NCBI GenBank assembly: GCA_030390025.1 | Contig: CM059425.1 | Location: 239,444,001 to 239,508,000 of the forward strand | DNA from: Squalus acanthias | Lineage: Eukaryota | Direction of reading: 5' to 3' | DNA length: 64,000 nt | Shown: positions 15,101-26,000 of the stretch, in pieces | How positions within the stretch are numbered: the stretch's first letter is position 1 | Layout: each line of letters begins with the position of its first letter | Position numbers and translations under genes: made by a program | The notes under the pieces: model-generated | Database searches by the model: none | Seen by the model: only the letters and a program-made list of their open reading frames with translations | Told to the model about the DNA's origin: nothing

Positions 15101-15809
15101 CTACTACCTAACCTAAGGGGTGTGACTGCCTCCTGGATCAAAGTGTCCAGGTCACTCTCCCCATCCCTGATGCCCCGCAATGTCTGCACCTCAGATTCCA
15201 GCTCAAAAACTCTGAGCTGAAGTTCCTCACGATGCAGGCACTTACTGCAAACTTGGTTGTCCGGGATCACAGTGCTCTCCACAAACTCCCACATGCTGCA
15301 GTTGCGGCACACCACCTGCACTGCCATTCCTATATGACCTTGATTTATTTAATTAAATTTGTAATTAGGTAACTTAGTTTATAGTGTTTCCTGACTACTT
15401 ACTTGATCTAGATTAAGTTAAGGGTACTGCAATTAAATATCTACTTGTAACACAAAGCACTACAAGTAATGTAGGCAAAAAGCAACAACTCCTTCCCTCT
15501 CCTCCAAATTCCCAAACAAAGCACTCTGTTCAAGTTCACTGTTTAATCCTGCTCTGTGCAGACATGATAGACAGAATTTTCCCAGGTTTTCAATTTTTGT
15601 GCATTCTATAAGGCAAAAAGTAAGAATGAAGACAATGATTTGCATAACAGATTATTCTGGTGCTGGTTTTAATTTCTTTCTCTATTTACCTACAGTATGA
15701 TATTTCTAGCTTTCCTGCTCTGCTGATAGAAGCACGTGGAATTCTGGGAGCAGAAAAACAGCTGCAGATAATAAATACAAAATTACAGCAATCACTGGAC
15801 AAGAATTAA
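5995..15809 (+). CDS. CENPU: Centromere protein U (CENP-U/MLF1IP), 3' part; join(5995..6118,6532..6646,8146..8224,10432..10479,10578..10639,11212..11368,15696..15809); 5' exons lie outside the window
   Basis: Seven GT-AG exons with compatible phases splice to ...KIWCPEGMKRLTKDVTELDVVLDNFEEIVIEYKQSVETNVCRKVI...KETYDISSFPALLIEARGILGAEKQLQIINTKLQQSLDKN*. This matches the recalled human CENP-U C-terminal domain (IWCPEGMK...KETYDSSSLPALLFKARTLLGAE). It lies next to PRIMPOL as in human 4q35. Confidence 0.93.
6532..6646 (+). CDS. CENPU: CENPU exon (EAGPSVKIWCPEGMKRLTKDVTELDVVLDNFEEIVIEYK)
   Basis: Polypyrimidine tract + cag, gtaagt donor; IWCPEGMK motif of CENP-U. Confidence 0.93.
6745..7025 (+). 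mobile_element. Deu-domain SINE fragment
   Basis: taaagatcccattgcactattc core and L2-like tail shared with the 59041 copy. Confidence 0.7.
7030..7330 (+). mobile_element. Old CR1 3' fragment
   Basis: RTRG...FFT...WN-like end and gggctgaata tail. Confidence 0.6.
7446..7518 (+). repeat. 32-bp tandem repeat x2.3
   Basis: caccccataccagatgcagctataccaggcca at 7446 and 7478, partial at 7510. Confidence 0.9.
8146..8224 (+). CDS. CENPU: CENPU exon (QSVETNVCRKVIGRFFTDLKEQVTET)
   Basis: tag acceptor, gtaagt donor, phase 2 to 0; aligns to human QRIESKVCKAAIATFYVNVKEQF. Confidence 0.9.
9330..9761 (+). mobile_element. Old CR1 3' fragment
   Basis: EYCVQF-like segment and CR1 tail. Confidence 0.65.
9764..10116. 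mobile_element. Tc1/mariner (Tigger/pogo-like) MITE, 353 bp
   Basis: TA flanks on both sides; TIRs caggaaactct...cggcacc / ggtgccg...agagtttcctg. Confidence 0.8.
10432..10479 (+). CDS. CENPU: CENPU exon (ISQVQDLKNVERKNAR)
   Basis: aag acceptor, gtaagt donor, 48 nt phase 0-0; aligns to human LKESQMLTNLKRKNAK. Confidence 0.87.
10578..10639 (+). CDS. CENPU: CENPU exon (VLTTFNKTRKHFLVAQKELN)
   Basis: tttacag acceptor, gtaatg donor, 62 nt phase 0-2; coiled-coil segment. Confidence 0.87.
10722..10985 (-). mobile_element. CR1 3' end fragment
   Basis: Near-identical to the tails at 2641, 13250 and 47618. Confidence 0.85.
11212..11368 (+). CDS. CENPU: CENPU exon (QEVQLKHLRKEYSELSQKKSDLQLATQFVSGFKQLKTQYIEHRNKNPREKET)
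   Basis: tttacag acceptor, gtaaga donor; lies within ORF 11183..11413; aligns to human LEPQLKQLQTKYDELKERKS...EPNVKET. Confidence 0.92.
11620..12010 (-). mobile_element. L2 LINE 3' fragment followed by a Deu-SINE tail
   Basis: SPITPILVDLH-like L2 segment; SINE tail cttgcatttataaagtgcctttcac. Confidence 0.55.
13250..15330 (-). mobile_element. CR1 LINE with ORF1 (Zn-finger/coiled-coil plus SGNH esterase) and internally deleted ORF2
   Basis: ORF 14851..15327 has CxxCxMW...CxKC...LRVFELE; CCLPGARVKD and VVVHVGTNDIG esterase motifs; RT 3' pieces and tail at 13250. Confidence 0.9.
15696..15809 (+). CDS. CENPU: CENPU last coding exon (YDISSFPALLIEARGILGAEKQLQIINTKLQQSLDKN*)
   Basis: ctacag acceptor; TAA at 15807-15809; YDxSSxPALL motif of the CENP-U C-terminus. 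Confidence 0.93.
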   Translation, partial: YDISSFPALLIEARGILGAEKQLQIINTKLQQSLDKN

Positions 15810-16178
15810 AGCACAGTTTTACAAAGAGAGCAGCTAAGGGGTCTAGTAATTGCTTTATGGAAGATGACTGATGTAAACTGGCCATTCTAGGGCTGATGGT
15901 GACTTTTTTGGGGGGCTATTGGATTGACTGGGCACAATAGAGAGGAAAAACAGGCAGAGAGGAGCATGTGCCTGTAAGGAAACCCATCCAATTTGCCATC
16001 CATTTTAATTAATTTGAGTGGAAAATTGTATAGACTCCAGTAGGGGTATGTGCTCCTCCCTTCCAGATTCTATCTGCTATCTATCCAGAAACCGCAATAT
16101 CTACTACATGTCTTTTATAGGCATACATCATCTTTACTGATATGGCTTGTATTGATAAAACAAACTTTGTAGTTTATC

Positions 16179-16184
16179 TTTATT
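16179..16184 (-). terminator. Candidate PRIMPOL polyadenylation signal AATAAA (alternative ATTAAA at 16393-16398)
   Basis: tttatt on the + strand about 500 nt past the PRIMPOL stop. Confidence 0.45.
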
Positions 16185-16342
16185 GCATTTTCTAATGTTT
16201 TAATACAAATGGCAGTGGAAGAATATTTATATAGCTGAAAACTTTCCTGTACTGCTGTGTACTACAGAAAGTTACTTTGGTCTCATTACCTTAAAATGTA
16301 TTAAATGTGCCCTTTTTTATATAGCAGCAAATAGTGTATCAA

Positions 16343-16348
16343 AATAAA
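16343..16348 (+). terminator. Candidate CENPU polyadenylation signal AATAAA
   Basis: Canonical AATAAA in AT-rich sequence about 530 nt after the CENPU stop. Confidence 0.55.
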
Positions 16349-16686
16349 GGTTCTATATATTCAAATCTATTTTTAAGCAAAAGAATGTAGTATTTAATAT
16401 ATCTTGTTAAATGTAAAAATAACTTATGTACAGTTCATAAACAAAATGCCAAGCATTCATTTATCATATACAGCCTAGTAGAGAGAAAAAGAAAACCCTC
16501 AATGCTGTAAATAGGAGCAAAAGAGCTTTAACGTTCCACGAGAAATAGAAACAGGAAATCCTGGAAATAGATGCTGACTAAGATACTGTATGAAATGTTT
16601 CAGATGAGACCAGTTCAAATCAAGGGTCTTATTGAAAACAATCTCTTTCAGATTTTGTGTTGCCCCCTATGTATTTTCAGCAGCTT

Positions 16687-17016
16687 CTATTTCATACCTA
16701 TACTCGCAGATGTCTCCAGTTCCTTCACAGCTGCCAGTAAGTCATTGTCAGACAGTTCTTCAGGCTCCTCATTGTTCAATTCTGACTGTATATTAGGAGC
16801 AACATTAAATTCAGTGTCTTCAACAGCTTCTAATAACATTGCATCATCAATGTTGTCAATAAATGCTGTGTCCAGATTTTCCATAAGGGTAGAATTTTGT
16901 GTTCCAGGCTGCAGCCAAGTGTCACCAAGCTGCAAGTTAGTCTGTGTTGGACATGCATTATTTTGACTTGCCTCAATGTTCCCATCTTCATCCATGGTAA
17001 AAACAAACTCATTATC
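16687..17016 (-). CDS. PRIMPOL: PRIMPOL last coding exon ([10 protein letters not shown]...[14 protein letters not shown]...[24 protein letters not shown])
   Basis: ctttcag acceptor; two acidic RPA-binding-motif-like segments; stop at 16687-16689. Confidence 0.92.
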   Translation of the reverse strand, partial: DNEFVFTMDEDGNIEASQNNACPTQTNLQLGDTWLQPGTQNSTLMENLDTAFIDNIDDAMLLEAVEDTEFNVAPNIQSELNNEEPEELSDNDLLAAVKELETSASIGMK

Positions 17017-20000
17017 CTGAAAGAAAGAGTCAGTTTCATTTAGTTTCAAACAAATCTGCTGTTACATGGTCAGTGTAAGCTCATTTTCAGAGGATGTTAA
17101 TGGGGAATATTTACATGGTGATCAGTTGGTATCTCTTTATCTGCTAGTAAGTTTGCATTTTGTTTCAGCTATTTGAATGAATTTTAGTGTGGAACCAGCA
17201 ATGCAAATATTGTCAGTATGAGCTGATTGTTACATCTTTAAAAGACCCAACACATTTTGCTGTAAAATACCCGAGGACAATACCAACAGCTGCTGGTCAA
17301 TATATATATTCTATAGCCTAAAGTGAGAGAAGACCATTCGGTCCATTGACTCCACTACATTAACTCTCCCATCATGGACTTTAATTCTATTTTGAATAAC
17401 TCCATTGTTTTGCCTCTAGGTAAATTATTGTAAACATTTATCACTGAAGTTTTATCCAGTATCAATTTAAATATAGTTTTTACTTATTTCCATTTATGTC
17501 TTACCTTCTCGTTGCACTTCTAAAATAATCCGAGTTTCTCATTTATACTATTTAATATCTTGTATATTTCTTAATTGCCTTTTTAAAGTGTTACATTGGA
17601 ACAGGAGTAGGCAATTCAGCTCCTCGAGCCTGTTCAGCCATTCAGTTAAATCACGGCTGATCCAAACCTCAACTCCATTTACCTGCTATTATCCTATTTC
17701 CCTTAATACCTGCCCCAACAAAAAAAAATCAATCTCAGTCTTGAAAATTTCAGTTGAGTCAGTATCCACGGCCTTTTGGGCAAGGGTTCCAGATTTCTAT
17801 TACACTTTATGTGAAATAATGCTTCCTGATTTCACTCCTAAATGGTCTAGCTCTAATGTGAAGAGTATGCCCTTTTGTTCTGGATTCCCTCACCAGAGGA
17901 AATAGTTACTCTGCGTCTATCCTAATAAATCCAAAGTGGATAACCTTACACTTCCCCCGCACTGAACTACATCTGCCATAGTTTTGTCCACTCACTTAGT
18001 CTTTCTACATCCCTTTGCAACTTCCTGTTCCCATCCATACAATGTACTGTGCTTCCTAACGTCGTGTCATCTGCAAATACAACTCTATTCCTTCATCCAA
18101 CTCATTAATATATATGGTGAAAAGCTGAGGAACACCACATACACATTCCGTCAATCAAAAAAAAACTTGCATTTCAAGACCTCAAGATGTCCCAAAGCGC
18201 TTTACAGCCAATGAAGTACTTCTGAAATGTAGTCATTGTTGTAATGTGGCAGCCAATTTGCACATGCCAAGCTGCCACAAACAGCAGTGATGATGACCAG
18301 ATAATCTGTTTTTAGTAATGTTGATTGAGGGATAAATATTGGCTAAGACAGCGGGGATAATTCCCCAGCTCTTCTTCGAAATAGTGCCATGGGATCTTTT
18401 ATGTCCACCCCAGAGGACAGACGGGACCTGAGTTTAACGTCTCATCCGAAAGATGGCACCTCCAACAGTGCAGTACTCCCTTTGCTGCTCTGAAGTGTCA
18501 GCCTAGATTTTTGTGCTCAAGTCTCTGGAATGGGACTTGTACTCATAACCTTATGACTCAGGAGGTGAGAGTGTTTGCTTTATTCCTACTCTGTATCCTA
18601 TGTAGGTCCTTTACAGTCAGACGGGAAAATTTATAATGGGGAATGAGGAAATGGCAGAGAAATTAAATAAATACTTTGTTTCTGTCTTCACGGAGGAAGA
18701 CACACAAAACCTCCCAGAAATACAAGAAAACCAAGGGTGTGGTGAGAATGAGGAACTTAAAGAAATTATTAGTAAAAAAACAGTACTAGCAAAGTTAAAT
18801 TAATGGGACTAAAAGTCGATAAATCCCAAGGACCGGATGACCTACATCCTAGGGTTTTGAAAGAGGTGGCCATTGGGATAGTGGACGCATTGGTTGTCAT
18901 CTTCCAAAATTCTATAGGTTCCTGCAGATTGGAGAATAGCAAATTAAGAAAGGAGGGAGAGAGAAAACGGGGAACTACAGACCTGTTAGCCTCACATCAG
19001 TAGTTGGGAAAATGCTGGAATCTATTATAAAGGATGCAATAACTGGGCACTTAGAAACTAATAGTAAGATTGGGCAGAGTCAACATGGATTTATGAAAGG
19101 GAAATCCTGTTTGACAAACCTATGGAGTTATTTGTGATGTAACTAGTGGAGTAGACAAAGGGAAACCGGTAGATGTGGTGTATTTGGATTTTCAGAAGGC
19201 CTTCGATAAGGTCCCACACGAGGTTGGTGAACAAAATTAGGGCACATGGAATTGGGGGTAATATACTGGCATAGATTGAGAATTGGTTAACAGACAGAAA
19301 ACAAAGAGTAGGGATAAACGGGTCTTTTTCAGGATGGCAGGCTGTGACTAGTGGGGTACCACAAGGATCAGTGTTGGGCCCCAGCTATTCACAATCTATA
19401 TCAATGATTTGGATGAGGGGACTAAATGTAACATTTCCAAATTTGTTGATACAAAGCTAGGTGGCAGTGTCAGTTGTGAAGAGGCTTCAGGGGGATCTCG
19501 ACAGGCTCAGTGAGTGGGTGAGAACATGGCAGATGGAATATAATGTGGATAAATGTGAAGTTATCCACTTTGGTAGAAAAAACAGAAAGGCAGAGTATTT
19601 CCTAAATGGTGAAAGATTGGGGAATGCAGATGCTCAAAGGGACCTGGGTGTCCTTGTACATGAGTCACTGAAAGTGAATGTGCAGGTGCAGCAAGCCATT
19701 AGGAAGGCAAATGGTATGCTGGCCTTCATTACAAGAGGATTTGAGTACAGGAGTAAAGAAGTCTTACTCCAATTATATAGGGCCTTGGTGAGACCACACC
19801 TGGAGTACTGTGTACAATTTTGGTCTCCTTACCTAAGGAAGGATATACTTGCCATAGAGGGAGTGCAACGAAGGTTCACGAGATTGATTCCTGGGATGGC
19901 GGGACTGTTGTATGAGAAGAGATTGAGTAAACTAGGCCTGTATTCTCTTGAATTCAGAAGAATGAGAGGGAATCTCATTGAAGCATACAAAATTATTACA

Positions 20001-23000
20001 GGGCTTGATAGGGTGGATGCTGGGAGAATGTCTCCCTTGGCTGGGGAGTTTAGCACCAGGGGCCACAGCCTCAGGATAAAGGGTAGGCCATTCAGGACTG
20101 AGATGAGAAGAAATTTCTTCACACAGGGTGGTGAATCTTTGGAATTCTCTACCCCAGAGGGCTGTGGAGGTTCAGTCATTGGGTATATGCAAAACAGAAG
20201 TCGATAGATTTCTGACTAGTAAGGGCATCAAGGGATATGCCGATAGGGCCGGTGAATGGAGTTGAGGCAGAAGATCAGCCATGATCTCATTGAATGGCGG
20301 AGCAGGCTCGAAGGGCTGAATGGCCTACTCCTGCTCCTATTTCTTAATGAGAAGTCGCACAACACCAGGTTATAGTCCAACAGATTTATTTAATTTTACA
20401 AGCTTTCGGAGCTTTCGCTCCTTCCTCAGGTAAGTTAGCAGTGAGAGAATCTCCCAGAATTCACAATTTAAACACAGACAAAATCTATTCAAATCTTTCC
20501 CTACATCAAAGACACACTAAGAGCACAGCCAAGACAATGAGATGTGTCCCAGGGGGTCCAACGTGTCAAACCACCTGCTGGCTGCATATCCTGTCAATTT
20601 GTGTTGGTTCTTGTGTTAGTCTTTTTGAAAAAAAAACCACCTGGGAAGACCTGGGTTTGACACGTTGGACCCCCTGGGACACATCTCATTGTCTTGGCTG
20701 TGCTCTTAGTGTGTCTTTGATGTAGGGAAAGATTTGAATAGATTTTGTCTGTGTTTAAATTGTGAATTCTGGGAGATTCTCTCACTGCTAACTTACCTGA
20801 GGAAGGAGCGAAAGCTCCGAAAGCTTGTAAAATTAAATAAATCTGTTGGACTATAACCTGGTGTTGTGCGACTTCTCATTTTTGTCCACCCCAGTCCAAC
20901 GCCGGCATCTCCACATCATGACTCCTATTTCTTATGTTATGTTACCTGCCAACCAATTACTGACCCATGTCACAAGATTGCCCCCAATTCTTTGCGCTTT
21001 CATTTTTGCTAATCTCTTGTGCGGAACCTCATCAAATACCTTCCATAGACACTTCCCTATTCACCCTGCTAGTGATCTCAAAAAATTCATCTACATTAGT
21101 CAGACATGACCTACCCATCACAAATCCAAGCTGACTCTTTAATAGCTGATACTTGTCCAAGTGGTCAATCACTCTGTCTCTGATAAGATTCTAGTAACTT
21201 CCCCACAATTGATGTTAAATTGACAGGTCTCTAGTTACCTTGGTTCTCCCTCCTTTCTTAAATAATGGAGTGACATTTGCAATTTTCCACTCCAAAAGGC
21301 ACAAATTCTAAATCTAGAGAGCCTTGGAAAATTATGACTTGCGCATCTGCAGTTTCTCCACCTATTTTAAAATCCTGAGATGGAAACCATCAAGTCCTGG
21401 AGATTTGTCTATCTTTCTCTAGTACCTGGAGAAACTTCACTGTCTTCATTACTGTATCCTTTCTAAGCCAAGTACTGCGCTCAGTATTCCAAATGTGGTC
21501 TGACAGGAATGTCACAAAACCTTTTAGTGCTTTACAGTGTAGAGGTCTTTTAAATGGAAATTAACCTTTACATTCTTACTCCCTTCCATGTCACTCTACT
21601 GGCACAAAATTCCCAAGATTGCTGGTAGATGTGACTATAGGGCAGGACTGTTTAAACTGTACAAGCAATAAGGAAGGCAAATGGCATGTTGGCCTTTATT
21701 GCAAGGGGGTTGGAGTAGAAGAGTAAGGAAGTCTTGCTACAATTGTACAGGGCCTTGGTGAAACCACACCTGGAGTACGGTGCACAGTTTTGGTCGTCTT
21801 ATCTAAGGAAGGATATACTTGCCTTGGAGGCAGTGCAACGAGGGTTCACTAGACTGATTCCTGGGATGAGAGGGCTGTCCTGGGATGAGAGATAGTGTAG
21901 AATGGGTCTATACTCTCTGGAGTTTAGAAGAATGAGAGGTGATCTCATTGAAACATACAAGATTCTGAAGGGGATTGACAGGGTAGATGCTGAGAAGTTG
22001 TTTCCCCTGGCTGGAGTGTCTAGAACTAGGGGGCATAGTCTCAGGATAAGGGGTAGGCCATTTAAGACTGAGATGAGGAGGAATTTCTTCACTCAGAGGG
22101 TTGTGAATCTTTGGAATTCTCTGCCCCAGAGGGCTGTGGATGCGGAGTCTTTGAGTATATTCAAGGCTGAGATAGATAGATATTTGGACTCCTGGGGAAT
22201 CAATGGATATGGAGATCGGGCAGGAAAGTGGAGTTGAGGTCGATGATCAGTTGATGTCGATGATCAGTTGATGTCGATGATCAGCCATGATGTTATTGAA
22301 TGGCGGAGCAGGCTCGAGGGACCGTATGGCCTACTCCTGCTCCTATTTCTTATGTTCTTAAGAGAAGGGGGCATTGTAGATTCTTTGGTGAATTTTTCTG
22401 ACAACATTTTAAATAGGGAATGTCCACTAATCCAGCAACTCTATCATAAGATGCCTGGAAAAATGGGTCAGCTTGCAGATAAGTAGACACACATCTGCAA
22501 CGTGTTCTAAAAATAGCAGCAGGAAAACTGGTCCATTTTATATAATTAAATTTTATAAGTAGCATGTTAGTGGTAGTAGAATTAATTATAACTTCAACAA
22601 TACAAATGAAATAGTGCACTTCATTTCTGTTAAATTGCAGCTTGATAGGAAATACATGCCTATTGCACCGGGCACCATGATTATTAGCAAGTCAAATGAT
22701 TTATTTTCACTTTATACAAAGCTACAATACTGATCTATGCATTGGTTTCATTACATACCATATCAATGAGGAAATCCAAACAGCATTCATGGGGTAATGG
22801 GTGACCTTGAATACAAAAGGAATTGAGTAAGTTAGTGTGTAGTAGGACTATTGCATTATGTAATGAAATGTTAAAAATTCAATGGAATAAGATACGTTCT
22901 TACTTTCAGACCTGAACTTCTGAGCTCGGCACACAGGATCATAGCATTTCTGGTACCAGATTTCTCTCTTCAAGTCAACCACAACCCTACAAAATAAGAG

Positions 23001-26000
23001 AATGCAATAGAATATGCAATTCCCGACATGGCATCCCATGAGTACTGTTACTGAGATTTTGCTGTCAGCCATTAAGGCAATAGCAGTACTCACCCACAAA
23101 CTGTATTTCCTCTTCCCCCCCCCAGAAATAAGTGAAAACTACTTTTTATAAAAATGTGAAATTTTGTGATAAATACAAGTGCTAGGAATGAATGTTAAAA
23201 CCTGTATGTTGGGGAAAACTAACTGGAACATAGGGCATGAAGTTAGGCCTTTCATACTGTGCAGGAGGACATCTCTACTGTTATGACATTAAAATGTATT
23301 AAAAGGTTGTCTCTGCTGCAGGCTCATTAAAGTGGTAGAGGTTGCGTCTTGTAGGAGAATACAGTCTCTTCCTACTGAACGTATGCTGCAACTTTTCCAT
23401 TGCTCCATATCCTCATTTATAATAATTCAAAAGGTAATACAATTATGTATACATCTGTAAATGGGGATTTTAGTGCACGTGAAATCAACGCATTCACTTA
23501 CTTTAGGGGCTGCTGAGATTCCAGTTTTTGTCTGGAAACAGCAGTGATCTCCAAAATCCAGTAGCATCCTTCGTCAGCATTCTGCTGAGCCCTGGTTGAT
23601 CGAGTAGCTAATGAGGGGATGGTGTTGGGGGCAAGCAAGCAAGGAGTTTTTTGCGTGGACCAAACAGGACAGCTTCTGTCTTAGCAATATTAAGTTTAGG
23701 AAGGCTCTGGCTCATCCACATAATGTCAGCCATGTAATCTAACAGTATAACGCCGAGTGTGGAGGTGAGGGTGGTAGCAGTAAATGTGATATTATAGCAA
23801 ATGTAGTTTTACAGTAACTGGCATAATATTCTAAATAAAGCTCATTTTATTTTATGATGTTAGCCCCAGGTTAACTAGTTGCAAATTTTTTTTGTCTGGT
23901 CAATTTTTCTCTCCTTCCCCCCTCCTGAAAGTGTGAACTCCTTGCTGGGGTATACTTCTACAAGGAGTGACCATCCTCCTATACCTCATCCATGTGCTAT
24001 TATTCACGTGAGCCTTGGCACTGAAACCTGCCTTCAGTGGCTATCTACACGTGTGAACCTTTCAGCAGGGGTCACTAGACAGTGATCTGGAGTGAGAAGC
24101 CCAGCTATTTACCCTCCTCTAATCCAGGGTAGCTGAGGCCACTTTTAACATCCATCCTGCTACCCTGCCCGAGATCAGCTGACTCAGCAGGACTGTGAAT
24201 CTAATCTGGAAGCCTCCAGGTCCATATGGTTCAACTACTCACTGCGTACTCTGACCTGTTGCACATTGAATGAAGGTACGTCCAGTGATTGCAGAGACTG
24301 CTGCTTAGATCAGTTAACATTTGTGTGAATTGTACTTACATAATATTGTTGCTTTTATGAGCTCGACCAATGTTCTCACACCAGTGATTTTTGCTGATGT
24401 CATAAACAATCAGTTCTTCAGAGGAGAAATAATTCCAACGACGCAACTCTGAGGAAATTAAATTATTTTAAAGCTATTTTTAAAGCACAGTATAAGATGA
24501 AACTAACAAGATTCCTGCTTTGCGGTAAGGTTCAATAACGCAGTGGTATTGATGGCCGACGTGACAAAAACTTACCACCTGGTATTCCTCCCTTGTTTAC
24601 TTGACCAGCGATAAAACTGTCAATCTCTGGGTACGGTGAACAATGGTAACCCACCATTGTATCTGTAAAACAGAAATCCGCCACGGCTACAGTTCTCTGT
24701 GAAATACACACAAGCTACAGCAGGACAAAGTGAACATTTATTACGTTAATTTCTAAATAACTCCGTGAAATTTGTTAAGCAAAAATTCTTGTTCAGTCCC
24801 GTGGAATGCACATCCTGTGCCATGTGGGGACTCCAGGACACTTCCCATGTCCTGGACAACCACATGTGCAGGAAGTGTCGTCAGCTGGAGGAGCTCGAGC
24901 TCCGGGTTTTGGAGCTTGAGCAGCAGCTGGCGTCACTGCGGTGTATCCGTGAGGCTGAGAGCTTCGTGGATAGCACGTTTCATGAAGTGGTCACCCCGCC
25001 GATAAAGAGTATGCAGGCAGAAAGGGAATGGGTGATCACCAGACAGAAGAGGAGGACCAGGCAGGTAGTGCAGGAATCCCGAGTGCATCTTGCTCTCCAA
25101 CCAGTATTCAGTTCTGAGTACTGATGAGGGCGATGGTTCCTCTGGGGAGTATAGCCAGAGCCAAGCCTGCGGCACCACGGGTGGCTCAGCTGTACAGGGG
25201 GGAGAGGAAGAAGAGTGGGAAAGCAATAGTGGTAGGGGATTCGATAGTTAAGGGAGTAGATAGGCGTTTCTGCGGCAGCAGACATGACTCCTGGATGGTA
25301 TGTTGCCTCCCTGGTGCCATGGTCAAGGATGTCACCGAGCAGCTGCAGAACATTCTAAGGCAGGAGGGTGAACAGCCAGAGGTCGTGGTCCATATCGGTG
25401 CCAACGACATAGGTAGAAAGAGGGATGAGGTCCTGCAGGCAGATTTCAGGGAGCTAGGAAAGAGGTAGTAATCTCTGGATTACTCCCGGTGCCACGCGCT
25501 AGTGAGTATAGAAATAGGAGGATAGCGCAGATGATTGCGTGGCTGGAGAGATGGTGCAGGAGGGAGGGCTTTAGATTCCTGGGGCATTGGGACCGGTTCT
25601 GGGGAGGTGGGACCTGTACAGGCCGGACAGGTTGCACCTCAACAGGGCCGGAACCAATATCCTCGCGGGGAGGTTTGCTAGTGCTGTTGGAGAGGGTTTA
25701 AACTAATTTGGCAGGGGGATGGGCACCAGGATGTAACATTAGAAAGGGGAAATAAAGTGCTCAAAGGATTGGGAGAGGCAGAGAGCACTAGAGTAAGAAA
25801 TAGTAAGGTATTAGGTGGGGTGAAACAAAGAGAATACAGGATGGTCTAAGATGGGTTTACAGTGTATGTATGTGAACGCACGAAGCGTAGTAAATAAGGT
25901 AAGTGAACTGCAGGCACAGATTTAAGGTGATTGGCAAAAGAGCCAAAGGCGACGTTAAAAAAAAACTTTTTCACACAGACAGTGGTTAAGATCTGGAATG

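Noticed and set aside
19461-20207. 248-aa ORF as a host or domesticated gene
   Set aside because: C-terminal CR1 ORF2 fragment flanked by frameshifts; many near-identical decayed copies in the window
20441-20785. Twin ORFs with identical N-termini ([11 protein letters not shown]...) on opposite strands
   Set aside because: A by-product of the perfect inverted repeat; GTG starts and no recognisable domain
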